Part shown: in pieces, positions 25,901 to 40,400 of the stretch | How the letters are laid out: each line of letters begins with the position of its first letter | How positions within the stretch are numbered: position 1 is the first letter of the stretch | NCBI GenBank assembly: GCA_030141605.1 | Contig: JAQGDQ010000023.1 | Span: 930,001-994,000 of the forward strand | Direction: 5' to 3' | From: Tubiluchus corallicola | Taxonomy: Eukaryota; Animalia; Priapulida | DNA length: 64,000 bases | Notes under the pieces: generated by a model | What the model saw: only the letters and a program-made list of their open reading frames with translations | What the model was told of the DNA's origin: nothing | Databases searched by the model: none | Translations under genes and position numbers: made by a program

Positions 25901-27592
25901 TAACAATACAATATTGTGTAACAAAAAATGCTGAATTATGTAATAAAGGCAAAATTTTTTATTATGTAATAAATTTTACCTGATTATGTAACAATAGTTA
26001 CATAACAAAAATGATGCATAAATTAGCAGACTAACATATGGGGTTTGCTATGGTCTAAACTTATTGGATTGGGTCAGTGGCTTTCCCTTTTAGATGTGTG
26101 TTTGGATCTAGTAGTAGATCTGCCTGGTGTGGTCTCACTCAGTGTGGTCTGGACTGACTATACAAGACGAACGAAGCCATCGACTCCCTCTGTCAGGATG
26201 GGAATAAAGGAGAAACATGTAAAGTGAGGACCTACATTCCGTAGGAGAGGCTGCGCCTCACAAGATCCAACCTATAGAGAGTCATTTGGTAGAAACCCGT
26301 GTCAGACCAAACCCGGCTAGGCCAGACCAGAAAGAAACTTTCCCAGTCCAATAATCAGACCACGACCAACCATATGTTAGCTTAGAACACATTTGCACAA
26401 TGATAGTTACATAACGATATAAAATTTGTTACATAATGACGAATTTTGTGATTTGTTACATAATGCTATATTGCTAAGCAATGAATGCTGACAATAATTG
26501 TGTGCTGTCGACTGCTCCTCGGCACAAAGGGCAATATCGTCCGGGATGGTTTGGCCTATAGAAACGAGGCCGGAGCAATCTAACTGTCAAGTGCCAAGAC
26601 GTACCGAAATAAGCTAATCATGCATCACACCTACAAGCAAAACCAGTGGGTACATTGACCAGCTTGAAAATACCCGTGAGAAATCTCCAAAATATCCGTA
26701 ATTAATATCATATTAATCTTCCTGAACATTCCTCACGTAATCTGTAATATTATTTAACAACGGTGAAAACGTTTCGTGCTTAATGAAAAAGTTACTAATA
26801 TTGCATTATCTAACCTAACTACTAAAACAACAATCAGTAATACATTGTATGAACAGAAAACAGAAAAATTATAGTAGAGTGTTTATCGTCTCTTTCTACG
26901 TTACACTGGAACTGCTAAGCCTCCAAGTCTAGCCCAGTGCTCAACCTGATAACCAGTGTGTTGCACACTGAATACCCACTAAGCCATTTTCAGGTTTCCT
27001 TCCTTTCAGTCAAGTTTGATTTCAGAAATTCAATGACTGTGAGTGCAATTTGTTTCATTCGATGATTCGGATGAAGAATAATTAAGCTACCCCCTTGGTC
27101 GCCTTCTCACTGCTGTTAACTCAACACTGTGGATCCATCCACAGATCATCTCTAACCAACAGCGCAATGTGGTTTGTTTGTCATAAGCCATTTTCATTTA
27201 GTATTGCTATTCTTTCAGTACGATTCAACCTTTACTTCAAAATTGCTCAACTTCTTGTCTTGATGTTGCGACTCATTTGATGGTTTAACTTTGTGCAACA
27301 AGTGCTCTTGGCGTGCAGCAATATGCAGCAGATTATTAAAATATATTATAATGCACATTATCCTATAATAATGGATTTTAGACTAACCTAGGCCATAAGC
27401 CAGCGTACTGGTCACTCCTATTAACCATTGAGCAAGATTTGCTGACGTGAGTTTTTCATCGTCAACAAGAGCAACTTCTATGACTCCGTATGATTTGATT
27501 TGCCCAGTGATAAGCCCTTGGATGCAGGCTGAAGCAAGAACAACAACCCACCCGTAATCTCCGTCCGGAGGTTCGATTTCTTGGGGTGGCAT
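22942..27592 (-). CDS. Monocarboxylate-transporter-like MFS protein (SLC16 family), 591 aa
   Basis: Exons 27592-27388, 25819-25676, 24849-23923, 23441-22942 (all phase-1 GT-AG introns, 1776 nt total). SLC16 signatures: PPDGDYGWVVV, FGFRKIAFFGG, IIPQYFKKRLTFAYSL, YGYTWTFLIYGG, GFLIDFDG. Confidence 0.93.
26031..26380. mobile_element. MITE with imperfect ~40-bp terminal inverted repeats, nested in an older ATTATGTAAC/GTTACATAAT foldback (~25895-26470)
   Basis: Left end CTAACATATGGGGTTTGCTATGGTCTAAACTTATTGGATTGGG; right end CCCAGTCCAATAATCAGACCACGACCAACCATATGTTAG. The flanks carry repeated TTATGTAA on the left and TTACATAA on the right. Confidence 0.7.
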
Positions 27593-30180
27593 TATTGGTT
27601 AACTTGAGGCGAAGATTGCTATTGTGTTAATAAACTCCACAGCTGTTGTCATTGCTACCGTTTTGTCAGCGTATAGTAGTTATTCTAGCAATCATTAAAA
27701 CATCTTTGAAATAATCCTGAAATACACAAAAAATGCACAGTTTTTTATGAGAAACAGACCCGTATGGGAAACAACAATTTACTTATACTAACCCGACATC
27801 CAACTTTACAAGATCATGATATTTAACCTATAACAGTTGCAAAAGTGAATTGTAGCCTATAGCTCCGTACACATTAGAGTAGAGTTGTAAGTGGACACAT
27901 GACACACAAACATATATTTAGATCGAAATTAAAAACTATCACATTAACAGGTAATTCAGTCATGCGCCAGTATCTAAAAATTCGCAGTAAAACAAGCGTG
28001 ACGTAAAGAAATATTGCTACAGGAATTGAAAGGACTTTCAATCGCAGACCTCAAATAAACTTAACAAACAAGTTCCAAAGCAAATGAACGAGGAACGTAC
28101 ATTGAACGATTGTCTTTAAAATACAGGACAAAGGCAATTAAATTAAGCTTTTTATTTCAGCGTGCAATACAAATCAACCAGAATTTATTTGACCATTTTG
28201 TCATTATGTGTAGAATGCAAATGAATACTAAACATTTTTCATTCAATATAAAAACAATAAACATTGTAAAAACACAGGTCCAGCTTTACCCGATCTACAT
28301 AGGGTCAAACAGATCTTATAAATGAAAATAATCGACCGTTTGAGTTTTATTTTCAACAGCTTTTAAACCTAAAAATACTGGCTGTACCATAATGCTGCCA
28401 TATAAGTTCACCCACTACAATGTAAACCAGAATAAAATTATGATTATATAAGAAAAATAGCATGAAACTTCAGCGATTAAAGTTCAAGCGTTCCAAATAA
28501 TTTTGCAATAGAATTTTCTTCGAGTAAATCTAAAATAGTGTAAGTTACTTACTGGCCCACAACCTTCCGATTTAGTCGTTACAGTCGCATGTGTCGACAG
28601 CACCTTTCCTCTTATAACATTATTTATTATCAGATGATAATATCGTGGGTAGTTAATCCTGTCAATAAACATAATAATTCCCAAATTTAAAGTGATGACA
28701 GCGATAGACTAGTAATCTTTATGCTGCATTACATGCCTCTTTGCCAAGCATTTTCTTCGAAAACAGCATTATGTCTTATGTGGCTGTTCATGCCTGCAAG
28801 GCTTTCACCTTTTCTGCTACAAACAGTGAACTTGTCGCTTCGCTGGTTTTGGATAGGCAACGTAAAATCTTGGTGCTGGCAAAACTCTTCAAAAGTGGAA
28901 CAGTAAACTAACAAAACCATTTTCAAACAAGAGTCACACTATTCGTCTCCGCATCCTGTTTAGTTTTCTCATAGAGGTGACGTGGCCTACCGGAAATTGT
29001 AGCGTGATGAGTGTCAAAATCCGTATATGACGTAACATTTTAATGATATTACAAACAAAAACCATCACGATTTACCTAAGAAAGGACACATTGTAGCTTT
29101 CAAATTCTCAATATAGCAAGGACGACAAATTTGTTAAATATCTCACAATAACCAATGATTTTTTTCAAGATTTTCATTAAGAAATTAAAACATTTCAACT
29201 GCACACTAGCAGCGTCATCACGCGCAACGAGAAACTTTTTGTTACATGTTGGTTGATTACTGTTAGAGTGTAATAGAAACATTGTTATTGTTATTTTTTA
29301 ATAAAAAATGATAAAATCTTCGTTGGTTATTGTGGTATATTTAACATATTACAGCGTAATCCATGTTTCATCTGTAAAATTCATAAACTAGATCGTCATT
29401 TTAGTCAAAACACTAAGACAAAAAAAGTTTAAATTTATTACTAACTTACGAAAGTATGAACGTGCATTGATCTCAGTCGATGCTTGGATTCTTCTATTGG
29501 ATACTGCGAAGCATATTCTATTTTAGGTAACATCAGTTTGCGTTGTTACCCAACGTCAATGGTGACATCAAAAGCAGAAATACAAATTTTGGAAAGCCAT
29601 AAAGACAATTTAGATTATAACATTCGCCGAGAAAAAGTGGAGATAAGCTATAAAAGAGATCTTTTGACGTTCAGGATAAGGCGGTGTCAGTATTAATGCA
29701 CAGAGTCATCGTCGCATAGCGGGAGTTTAAAAGTTTTGAAACAATAACGCATTATATTAAAACTTTTAGCAAAAATTTACTTGGAATAATTAATTATTAA
29801 TATTTTTTACACTTCGACATGAAATAGTCGCACAGTTCGTTTTGAAAGTGAACATTGTCTGTAAAAGATAAAATAACTGGTAGGCGACAGTGACGACGAA
29901 ATGACAGTTTAGTGGTGCTCAATGTCAGTCTTTCTCTTTGGAAATAATTTTAACCAATAGAATTTGTAATGAACTTTGTATAATTTGTAATGATCAGTCA
30001 AACTGAATGGGAACGAAATACTCTATGGACATTTTCAAGTTTAAAAAAATAAACGCACTAAATTATGATAGGGGAAGCTTGAATTAATTAATCATTAAAT
30101 TTCGCATAATGTATAGCAACAGTTAGTAAGCATCCAATGAGTTAAGAAAGAAGGAAACGCTGAAAGGTTGAGAGTCAGTC

Positions 30181-30194
30181 GGGACTTTCCCGCC
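30181..30194 (+). promoter_or_regulatory. Canonical kappaB site overlapping an E2F-like site in the SLC16/MED15 divergent intergenic region
   Basis: GGGACTTTCC at 30181-30190 overlaps TTTCCCGCC at 30186-30194. Motif match only. Confidence 0.3.
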
Positions 30195-30297
30195 AACAGG
30201 TATTGAAATTAGAAATCCCATGTTTTCTCCTTTTGAGCTGCAGTCCCAACATGACAAAGCAGACATGTATGCAAACTATCCAACAGTATCACAACAG

Positions 30298-31390
30298 CTG
30301 CATGGTGGTTGGGTGGGTTAGTGGTTGACCGTGTGGTGGTTGCTGATTGGGTGCATTAGTGATTGACTGTGCAGTGATTGGGTGATTTAGTGGTTCAGTA
30401 ATTATTGTTGGATGCTTTAGTTGTTGAATGCATGGTGGTTGGATGTGTTAGTAGTTAATTGCAAGGTGATTGGGTACATTAATGGTTGACTGCATGGTGG
30501 CTGGGTGAGTTAGTGGTTGCCTGTGTGGTAGTTGGGTGCATTAGTGGCTTACTGCATGGTGATTGGGTGCATTAGTGGTTGACTGTGCAGTAATTGAGTG
30601 ATTTAGTTGTTCAGTAATTATGGTTGGATGCTTTAGTTGCTGAATGCACAGTGGTTGGATGTGTTAGTAGTTAATTGCAAGATTTTTGGGTAAATTAGTA
30701 ATTGACTGCATCGTGATCGGGTGCATTTGTAGCTTGCTGCATGGTGGTTGGGTGGGTTCGTGGTTGACCGTGTGGTGGTTGCTGATTGGGTGCATTAGTG
30801 ATTGACTGTGCAGTGATTGGGTGATCTAGTGGTTCAGTAATTGTGGTTGGATGCTTTAGTTGTTGAATGCATGGTGGTTGGATGTGTTAGTAGTTAATTG
30901 CAAGGTGATTGAGCACATTAGCAGTTGACTGCATGGTGGTTGGGTGGGTTAGTGGTTGACGGTGCACTGTTTGCTGGTTGGGTGCATTAGTGATTGACTG
31001 TGCAGTGATTTGGTGATTTAATGGTTTAGTAATTATGGTTGGATGCTTAGTTGTTGAATGCATGGTGGTTGGATGTGTTAGTAGTTAATTGCAAGGTGAT
31101 TGCGTACATTAGTAGTTGACTGCATGGTGGTTGGATGCATTAGTGGTCTACTGCATGGTGGCTGGGTGAGTTAATGGTTGCCTGTGTGGTAGTTAGGTGC
31201 ATTAGAGGTTTACTGCATGGTGATTGGGTACGTTAGTGGTTGACGGTGTGGTGGTTGCTGGTTGGGTACGTTAATGATTGACTGTGCACTGGTTTGGTGC
31301 ATTAGTGGTTTTGTGCTTTAGTTGTTGAATGCAAGGTGGCTAGATGCGTTGGTGGTTAATTGCATGGCGATTGGGCACATTAGTGGTCCG
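30298..31390. repeat. G/T-rich ~31-bp minisatellite (about 35 units) with higher-order structure
   Basis: Consensus approximately TGCATGGTGGTTGGGTGCATTAGTGGTTGAC, with unit starts e.g. at 30491, 30522, 30553. A block of variant units recurs near 30331, 30770, 30962 and 31246. Confidence 0.95.
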
Positions 31391-31486
31391 GTGCATCACA
31401 AACTTATAGGCGTCACAAACGTAGATATATTTTTAGCGGTGCGTAGAAAACTTGGGATCACCTCTTCGTGATGTACAGTACCTATC

Positions 31487-34400
31487 ATGGCTTCCGACGG
31501 GCAGGAATTTAACAATTCGTCTGATAACTTATTGCCAGACAGTTCTAATGATCAGCTTTGGCGTACTCAAGAGCTGAGACAGAAGGCAAGAGGCCAGATG
31601 TAAGTATCTCTTTCTTAGTTCTGTACGATGTATGTGTACTGTTTATGTGCTTTTGTAGCATGTGACAATCACGTTTTTATGTGCAAAATAATAATTGCGC
31701 GTCACAATATGATAATGTTTATTAGTAACTTTTGGAATACGACACGCACTTAATTCAAATTGAGAAAGTTTATGTGCACCTATGAGATTACAAAAATTAT
31801 GTATTAATAAAATAACAAGTAAAAGAGAAGGAGTGGTGAAAGATCATCCTGTCTTTATAAGTTGTTTAATCTAATATCAAAGTTTGCAACTGCAATTAAA
31901 TAAATTAGGTTAATGTATTTAGTGTTAGCTATTTGCTTGCCTTGTACATTAATGTATGAGTTTAGTACTGTCTATGTCTACACTATCACTGTTTTTGCAC
32001 TTTCCCAATAATTAGCTTTTTGTGGAAAGAATCACCAAAGCTACAGCTAAAATAAGGAAACAATAGTAAATAAATAACGTAATTGTGCAATCAACTTTGC
32101 AAAAGAGAAAAACTGCACAGTAGCATTAAAAACGTTAATTTGTTTTTCTAATTTATTGTTTTTGGCAGTGATTTGTGAAAATGAGCTAAAATAGAGTAAT
32201 ATTTAAGAAATATTACTGCACAAATCATAAACACTTTTGAAGTAAAAATATTTTGTAGAAAAGACAAAGAAAAATCACAATTTTAGAGTATTGTAATTGT
32301 ATTTTGGGATAATTGTACTGAAAGCTACGCTTCATCCATTGAAGAAACACATTATTCTACAACCCTAATTGTTGCAGGTTTTTTTCAGTGGTGCATAATT
32401 AGCCAAAGACTTTTGGACGATTTGTCATGGGAAACTATGTCTAATAAAAGATATATTCACAAAATGTCCTTTTCTGTAAAATTGTTAATGATGCTGCCCA
32501 TTTCTATTTAACTTCTATTCTGGCACTTCGAGTATATGAAAGAACTGTGTATTGTCCTTGTAATTCTAAGTCATTAATGTTGGTGAAATATATTTAATAT
32601 GATCTTTCAATGCAGCTCGTTCATCCATCGTGTATTAATTTATGGAATAGGTTGCCTGACGAATTCGACACAAGTCATCAATCAGTAGTTTTAAAAAGGC
32701 ATTAGTTAAAATGTTGAAACGTCCTCCACTTGAACCTTATTATTTTTATGAAGTAGGTATGCTGCTGCTTTATTATGTCGAATGTGCTAGGTACACATGC
32801 TTCAAATTTCTTTACAAGCGCACTTAATGTTTGTCACCCATATGTAATAAATGTGATCTACAGGTTAAAACTCCAGCACATTTTTTGTTGAAATGCTCTG
32901 TATGTAATAGTATGCACTTACCTTTTCTTACTAAAATAGCTACTATTCTTCTAACCTTATGTCAATTTTAATACTTGCTCCGTCAGTGAAAAATAGAGAT
33001 TTTAAAGATTATTGAAGATTTAAAACATACAAAAAAACATAGCAACACAGCATAACAAACATAACAACATCTAGTGAGATGTATAATATAAAAGAAGTAT
33101 AATTCAGTATATTAAATAAATTTATATATAACCTCTTCCATTATTGTAGATCCAATGATCTGTCTGACTCTGTTAATTATCTGCTTATGTATGATATGCA
33201 AACGTATATTATGTCTTCAAAATTTAACTGTAGCTTAATAATATGTGCTTAATAATTCTTTCTCTTTTTCTTAAATTGTGTTACATGGTTGTTAATTTTA
33301 TTTAAGTTATGTGGCTAGTCATCTCATCTTAATTTACTTTAAGCTGTTTATTATATATTACAAAATCTGTCCGATTTAAGTGTTATTATAATACTTGTCT
33401 ATAAAAGTAGGTAGTGTTCTATTTACAATTATAATTGTATTTTTTATTATGTTACTTAATTATCGTTGTAGTGGTTGTGAGTGTGTTAATTGTGATACTT
33501 AATTGTCACAACAGTTTTTCGAAATTTCATGTACTAGAGAAAAGTGGTGATTCATTCACCCTGTCCGTCACGCCTTTTTCAATCCCAATAACATTCATCC
33601 AATGAGTTCAAAATTTGCTAGCATGATTAGTTAAGATGTCACTTGGTTCATCTTTTTAGTTTAGTTTGTTTGACATTTCTACATATATTAAAATTATATA
33701 AAAGAAAGAATCAGCAGGCGCATGCACACTTATGCTGATCCTATAAAACATAAAAAGATGCGCAAAAATAAAATTTATAAAAACAAGTCCCTAAAATTGA
33801 ATATCTCTCATTAAAAAGCTCCTAACAAAATGTACCTAAATATGAATTATGTACTATATACAACACGTTTTATACAATAATACGATTTGGAGAGAGCCAA
33901 TTATGCCAATGACAATGTTACATGTTTCGGATAAAGTTGCAATAGGGCAGTAAATTAATATTAGCTAATCTTTTAGTGAAAACCGACAAACTGGTAGCGA
34001 GCACGTCGTGAGAGTCTAGAGCATTCCAAATGTTTACAACTCTGTTAGCAAATGAAAATTTTGATACGTTTAATCTCGAGAAAACTGTAAACAGTTTAAA
34101 GCTGTGACCATGCAAGTGAATGGTTAAAGCATACTGGAAAAAATCATCAAAACTTAAACCCTGTATTTTATGACAAATTTTGTATATCATCTTAAGATCA
34201 CAGACAATGCGTCTCAATTCGAGTGGCTGCAGTTCTAGTTCCGACAGTCTGTCTAAATAAGAAACATAATTAAACTGACATCGCTGGTACAGCCTACGAG
34301 AAAAATATTAGCTAATATTAAAAAATATCTGCTAATACATGAAGCAGGCTAGACAATGAGTGTTGTATCTCAGCTTGTAACTGCATATATACAAATGAAT

Positions 34401-37400
34401 AATCCCATTTTAACTTTTAGTATTAACTATCTTATAGAGAGGAAGCATTGCAGCAGTCAAAAAACCCAACCAACAAATCACCAGTCGAGATGGAGACGCA
34501 TGTTTTCAACAAGGCGCAGACAAAGGTGCATTGGTTTTGTTTCTTTTATCCATTATTAATTAGATGATTTATACATCTGTTATAAAGCTACATGCAATTG
34601 AAATCAGCGTGGTACAATCCACAATTTCCTTTCAATTTAAACAATTTTTACACTAGTTAAGTAAATAAAGTTTAAATGCAGAGTATATCAAATTTTGTGA
34701 TTTCTACACTATAAACAGGTTATTATGCCAAAAAGACTTATTAGGTAGGAATCAAAGCTAATCCTGTTAATCCGGTCGAAATTTTTTATAACTATGTTTA
34801 CTGGTTCGTTGGTGTAACTGTTTATTACTTATAGTTTAGAATACAAATTATTTTGTTTACTATAACTTCCAAAAATTATTTCTTAAAATTGTGTAAATTC
34901 GAACAACGCTGACAAACTGAAGCTACATTTTTCCAAAAATATTTAACACCTGAGTTGTGGTATACGACTCCCGCAAGAAAAAGCATATTCAGCATCAATA
35001 AAGTTATTGCTATAGAATTTGTGGTACAAATATTCAAAAAAATCTTTTAGCTATTTTTAACTTTTTCGTCGGTTGCTTAGCAGCGTGACTGTAATTTTTT
35101 TGTCATTGCTGACTCTAATTTGTACAGCTAATAGAAATAATTTCATTGTTCGTGAAATATCTAACATAAATTTAAAACTAATTCACTAGCTTATTGCTAT
35201 TTATCTGCATATGAGTTGATATAAATTTGCATATTTATTTTTTATTACTTTATTTTATCTTACTATTTGGCAGGTCCTAGTTATATGTAACTATAGTGTT
35301 GTTTAATGGTGGAATATTACTATTAACTCTAAAGTACTGGAATATCAATTTTATTATACTGATTATTTGAAATTTTTCAGGAAGAATATTTGCAGTTTAT
35401 AGCACGTCTCATAATTCATTTTCGAGAATATAATAGTAAGTATCTATTTATCATGCATTATCCGAGTTGGACCTATTTGTTGAGATCTATGTGTATGCAC
35501 ATAATATTGTGAAGGTTTGTTAGCAGCTAAATGAAGTTTGTTTCTGGCACTAAAGTTATTCAAAAAAATTTGGGAATATTAGTTGTTGTAATGTTTCCCT
35601 CAGTTAAGGTTTCCACTTTTAGAGAATCGTTTTCAAAATGTGTGTATGCTAAATAGTCATTACATAAAAAGGTTTGTTTAAACTATTTGATAGTTTAATA
35701 CTTATAATACTGTAAAATATTTCTGATTATATAGTAGGGTCTACTTAATTATTTATGGCTTTGTGACTGTCAAACTTTTGTTTGTTGTCACCATCATGTT
35801 GTTTGTTCAAAAATGTTTGCCATTCTGGAAATTAATTTAACAAACTAGCATGTGTAGATGCTAAACATGTAACAAAGTGGAGCATCCCACATAGAAACGG
35901 GCCTCCCAAAATTTTTGCAAAAAACAACCAGCCAAGAGATTCCACCCAAATCGCTGCTTTTCTGGATGGTGGTGTTGTTGTTGTAGTTCTTGCTGTAGAG
36001 TCTTTAAAAACGCCTAAGACTCCACCAGTTTGCGATGGATTGTCATGAAACATCACACTGATATACTAGAACGCATTCTGCATGGGAAGACAGAGTTGGA
36101 TTTCCGATTTGAATTTTTTGATTTAAGTTGGCTGTGATAACACTATATTGGAAAAAAGCCTAAGGATCTACCAATTTCCAATGTATTGTTGCAAAACTTT
36201 ACAGAAGCAGACTTCAGTGAATTTTTGATCTGCAATTTTGAATTCAAGATAGTGGCGATAACATTCTTTTTGGAAAAACATAATGTTTCACCATTTCGCA
36301 ACAGATCGTCATGCAACTTTAAACTGGTAGGAGTATACTAGAGTGAGTTCTGCATCGCCTTATGGAGTCGGATTTGCTATATGGCGGCGAGAACTTTTCC
36401 ACTAATCGTCGTGAAACATTAAAAGGATGCTCTAAAAAGAATTCTACATCAACTGACGGAATCATATTTGCGACCTGCCATTTTAAATTCAAGACGACGG
36501 CGATAACATTATTTTCAAAAAAAGACCAAGGCCGCCAGTTCATAATGGACTGTCATGAAACTGTATAGGAATATATTAGAACAAACTCTGCATTGATTGA
36601 CAGAGTCAAATTTTTCATCTACCACCTTGAATTCAAGATGGCTGTAATAACATCATTTTGAAAAAAGTCTTGGGCTTCATCAATTTACAACTGATCATCA
36701 CAAAGCTGTGAACATACTAGAATGAATACTGGCATTGACATTCTTTCTGTTTGCTTGCTTGAATTCAATCGTTGACGTCATTTTGTAAAAAAAGAAACCT
36801 AAATCTGCAAACAAATATACTTGAACAAATTTTGCATCTACTGACAGAGCCAGTATTTTTGATCTGCAGTCTCCAGTTTCTCGTCTAATAATTCAAATCT
36901 TTGAACTTGTTCTCTTTTTGGTCTTTGTGTATTTTCAGTTACTTTAGAATAAAAGAGGAACATTTTACGAAATGATTATTTGTTTGATATGTTGCAAGCC
37001 TATAATTATGAATAAATGTTTGAGAAAATAGCCAAGCATGCACGCTTATGCAAGGTGCGCGCATTCTTATGCCTCACACACACACGTACACCTGAAAGCA
37101 CTCATGTATGCACATATGCATAAGGAGAAACGCGCATGCGTTCATTGTAACAATTGCCCTATTGGCTAATTAACTGAAGAAAGAAGTGCTGAAAAATTGT
37201 GGACCAACCAGGACTTGATCCCAGAACTTGAATGCATACACACACACACACACACTTATTTTTATTTTTGTGCCTTTGTTTCATTTAAAAAATCTCAAGT
37301 TGCATTTTTCATTTTTTGTCAGATTTGTGGGACGTGTGCTTCTGGCATAACTGACTTCTTACTGAATTCGTATTTTTATATTATGCAGAAAATGTGCAGA

Positions 37401-40400
37401 AACAGCAAGGACAAAGTGGCACGGCAATGCTGGATCAGATGCAACCTAATGTTGGTACAATGGGAAATCTTTCCTCGAGCCAGTCAACAGGCAATGCACA
37501 AGATCCAATGAGTGCATTACACACATTAGCTCAGCGAGGAGGCGGAGTTACTGGTCCAATTACTAGTATGGCAGCTGCAATGCCGCAGGTATTTAATGTA
37601 ATCTTAAATTAGTTAATGTTTGTGATTTTCTGATTTCTGATCCTTCTCTGCAAGTCCTTAGGTACAAGAACAACCCATTTCTTGGATTGCTTTTTACTGC
37701 ATCGCTGCAATCGTTGTCCTTTACAGCCCTAAACCAATATATTAAAAAACAGTAGCGTTTCTTCTGTATTTATTTATATCTGTGTGCAAAAATGGTTGCT
37801 GGTCGGAGAGGGTTAAGCATTTCAGAAAATTGCTCACAAAATTAATGTGAACATGAAAAGTTGACTAAATACACTACTTGAAGTATCAAGATTGTTTTTG
37901 AACATTTCCAGAACAATTCCAGAACAGAACAAGTTTGTATTCATAATTAATGTGACAGGAACATGAAATGCAGAAAAGCTAATAATTTGAGATTTTGAAT
38001 TCTAATTTAAAGTTGTCTGTTCGTCTGTTCTTCCAGCATTTAATGCAACTGAACTACATTAAAACTGGCTTCCAAATTCAGAATTCACTTACTGCCAAAA
38101 ACTTTTAGGCAGGTTGTTGTTCAGGTTATGGTCTATTCAGAAGAGGCAAGTACTGAGACGGATGATGTTTTCAGTGTGTGTCAAAATTTCCTCCAGGATT
38201 TTGCTATAAAACGTGTTTTGGTAGCACCCACCCCAAGGAGCGAGAAAGGGACATTTGTTTTTTGAAATATTCAATGTATGATCGCTAAGCAATTATAAAT
38301 CAAAAATTAGTGTGATTTTGTGTGATTAGTGTGGATCTACATAACAAAAATGTGATTTTCAGCAAAAGTGGTTAAACTTGGATAAACAAACAAATGTAAA
38401 TGTTTATAAAAGTAAACTAATGTTTCTAGATAAAGTAAACGTTTCTGAATTTTCAAATTTAGGGTTTACTTACATAAAAATAACTTGCTGTCATTATTTT
38501 ATTTGCCTGTATTCAAAATTATATAGCAAGTTATGGTTGGTGTGCAGGGAGTGCTGCCACAGCCTGGAATGCAAGGCCAGTCGCTACAAAATATGGTCAT
38601 TCATGGTCAACAGCAGGTTCCAGTTCAAACTCAATCTCAACCAAGTGCAATGAACACAATGCAGCAACAGCAACAGCAACATCAGTTTATTACTAATATG
38701 TCACAGCCACAAATGGACCATGTGATGACATCTTTATCAAACCAGCAGCCAAACATGAGTAGTACATTACAAGGTCATCAGTTGCAGGGACAAGTTTCTC
38801 ACAGTACAATGTCCATGCAAGGTCCACCAAGTGTTGTGCCTATCCAGTCACAGCCTCAGCCCAACATTTATCCTACTCCAAGAGCAGGTATGCATAAAAC
38901 TGTTAATTATTTTTCAATTAATGTTCTTAATTGCAGTGATTGGATTAAAGCCATGATATTAAACATTTGAAATAGAACTTCTTGGCTGTAAGGAAGACTC
39001 TTGGATTATCAGGCAAGAGCCATGACTACTGAACCACACAGCTGCACATGATCAAGGAGATTTTAATCAATTCTAATAAGTTTTCAACCAATCCAGGTTT
39101 TCCAAGTGTTAGTTTTTGTGTGTGTGTTTGCTGGCTTACATGTGTGCAGTGTTGGCATTGCGTGCGACCTTGACGACTGACGAGTCTGTATTCTTTTTGA
39201 TTTGCACTTGTCTTCTGGTTCAAAAACAGACATGGTTCAAGATGTGGTGAGTTCAAATTTAGAACTTTTTCAATGCTGCATTCCGCAATCGTACTTTAAT
39301 ATACCTTTGGTAGTTTGTTTTGAATGTTTTTTTTGTTTGTTTTTAGTTATGAGCCCAATAAATCCTCAGCAGCGGAAACAGTTTCAAGAAATGAGAAATC
39401 ATTTGTTAACAAGAGTCCGGGGGCAGGTTCAAGGTGTGGCAATGATGCCACCAGGACAGGTAATGCACATGCAGGTAATAACAGAATATTTTTGTTATAA
39501 TTATTGGCTTTGATCCATCCTGGTATCTGTGCTTAGCCCATGATTTTAACTAGATTATGTGCTCCAGTTGATTCAGTTATGTAGAAAAATAATGAGATAA
39601 CTTTGATTTTTCTGCTTTCTTTTGTGGTGAATATTAATTCCTCTATTACAGAAACATATATCAAAGCACTCTCTGAAGACACTACGTGGAATGCACGTAT
39701 ATTGTTGATTAGTGGTAACACTGCTTCATAAAACACCTATTTCTGCCACCTACGTTATGTGGTTTTGAACCAAAAATCTGATGAAATTAATCACAGTACC
39801 CATTTTGATGAATCAGATTTGGGTTTTGATTCATTTCAGTTTGTATTGATGCAGTCTGCCTCGTTTCAAGATCCAATCGTTTCATTTACCAAAGTTGGTG
39901 GAGTTTTCACCAGATTTAGTGGGACGAAGATGATCAACTCAAGTTTTGTATAATTGCAGATTTACAGATAGCGCCACCTAATCTATATGTCCTAATATGG
40001 AGCTTTGGGTGGCATTAGCACTACTTGATTCAAAACTTGCTAAACTACAAGTGTTTATAAATACTACTATTATTAGGTGATACTTGAACGTTATTTTCTT
40101 ACTATATTGCTCAGTGCAAAAGGCAAAATAGAAAACCTTTTTTCACAAGCAGTTTAGTTGCACCTTGAGCAATTATTTTACTTGATTTTGTGTTTTTCAA
40201 TGTTATACATCTGTGTATTATTTTCAGAGAGCCCAAATTCCAGCTCAACGTGCACCACCCCCAGAACAATACCAGCTGTCTCCTCAACAGATGGTACAGC
40301 AGCAGATGGCTCCACCTGGAACTGCACCGAATGTAGCTCAGGTTGACAAAAACATACAATTTTTTAATAAACCCATGTTTCCATATGCTCTATTTTGGAT

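Noticed and set aside
30298-31390. Minisatellite as a CRISPR array, telomeric tract or repetitive protein exon
   Set aside because: Continuous degenerate 31-bp units with no spacers, no TTAGGG/TTAGG runs, and stop codons in all frames.
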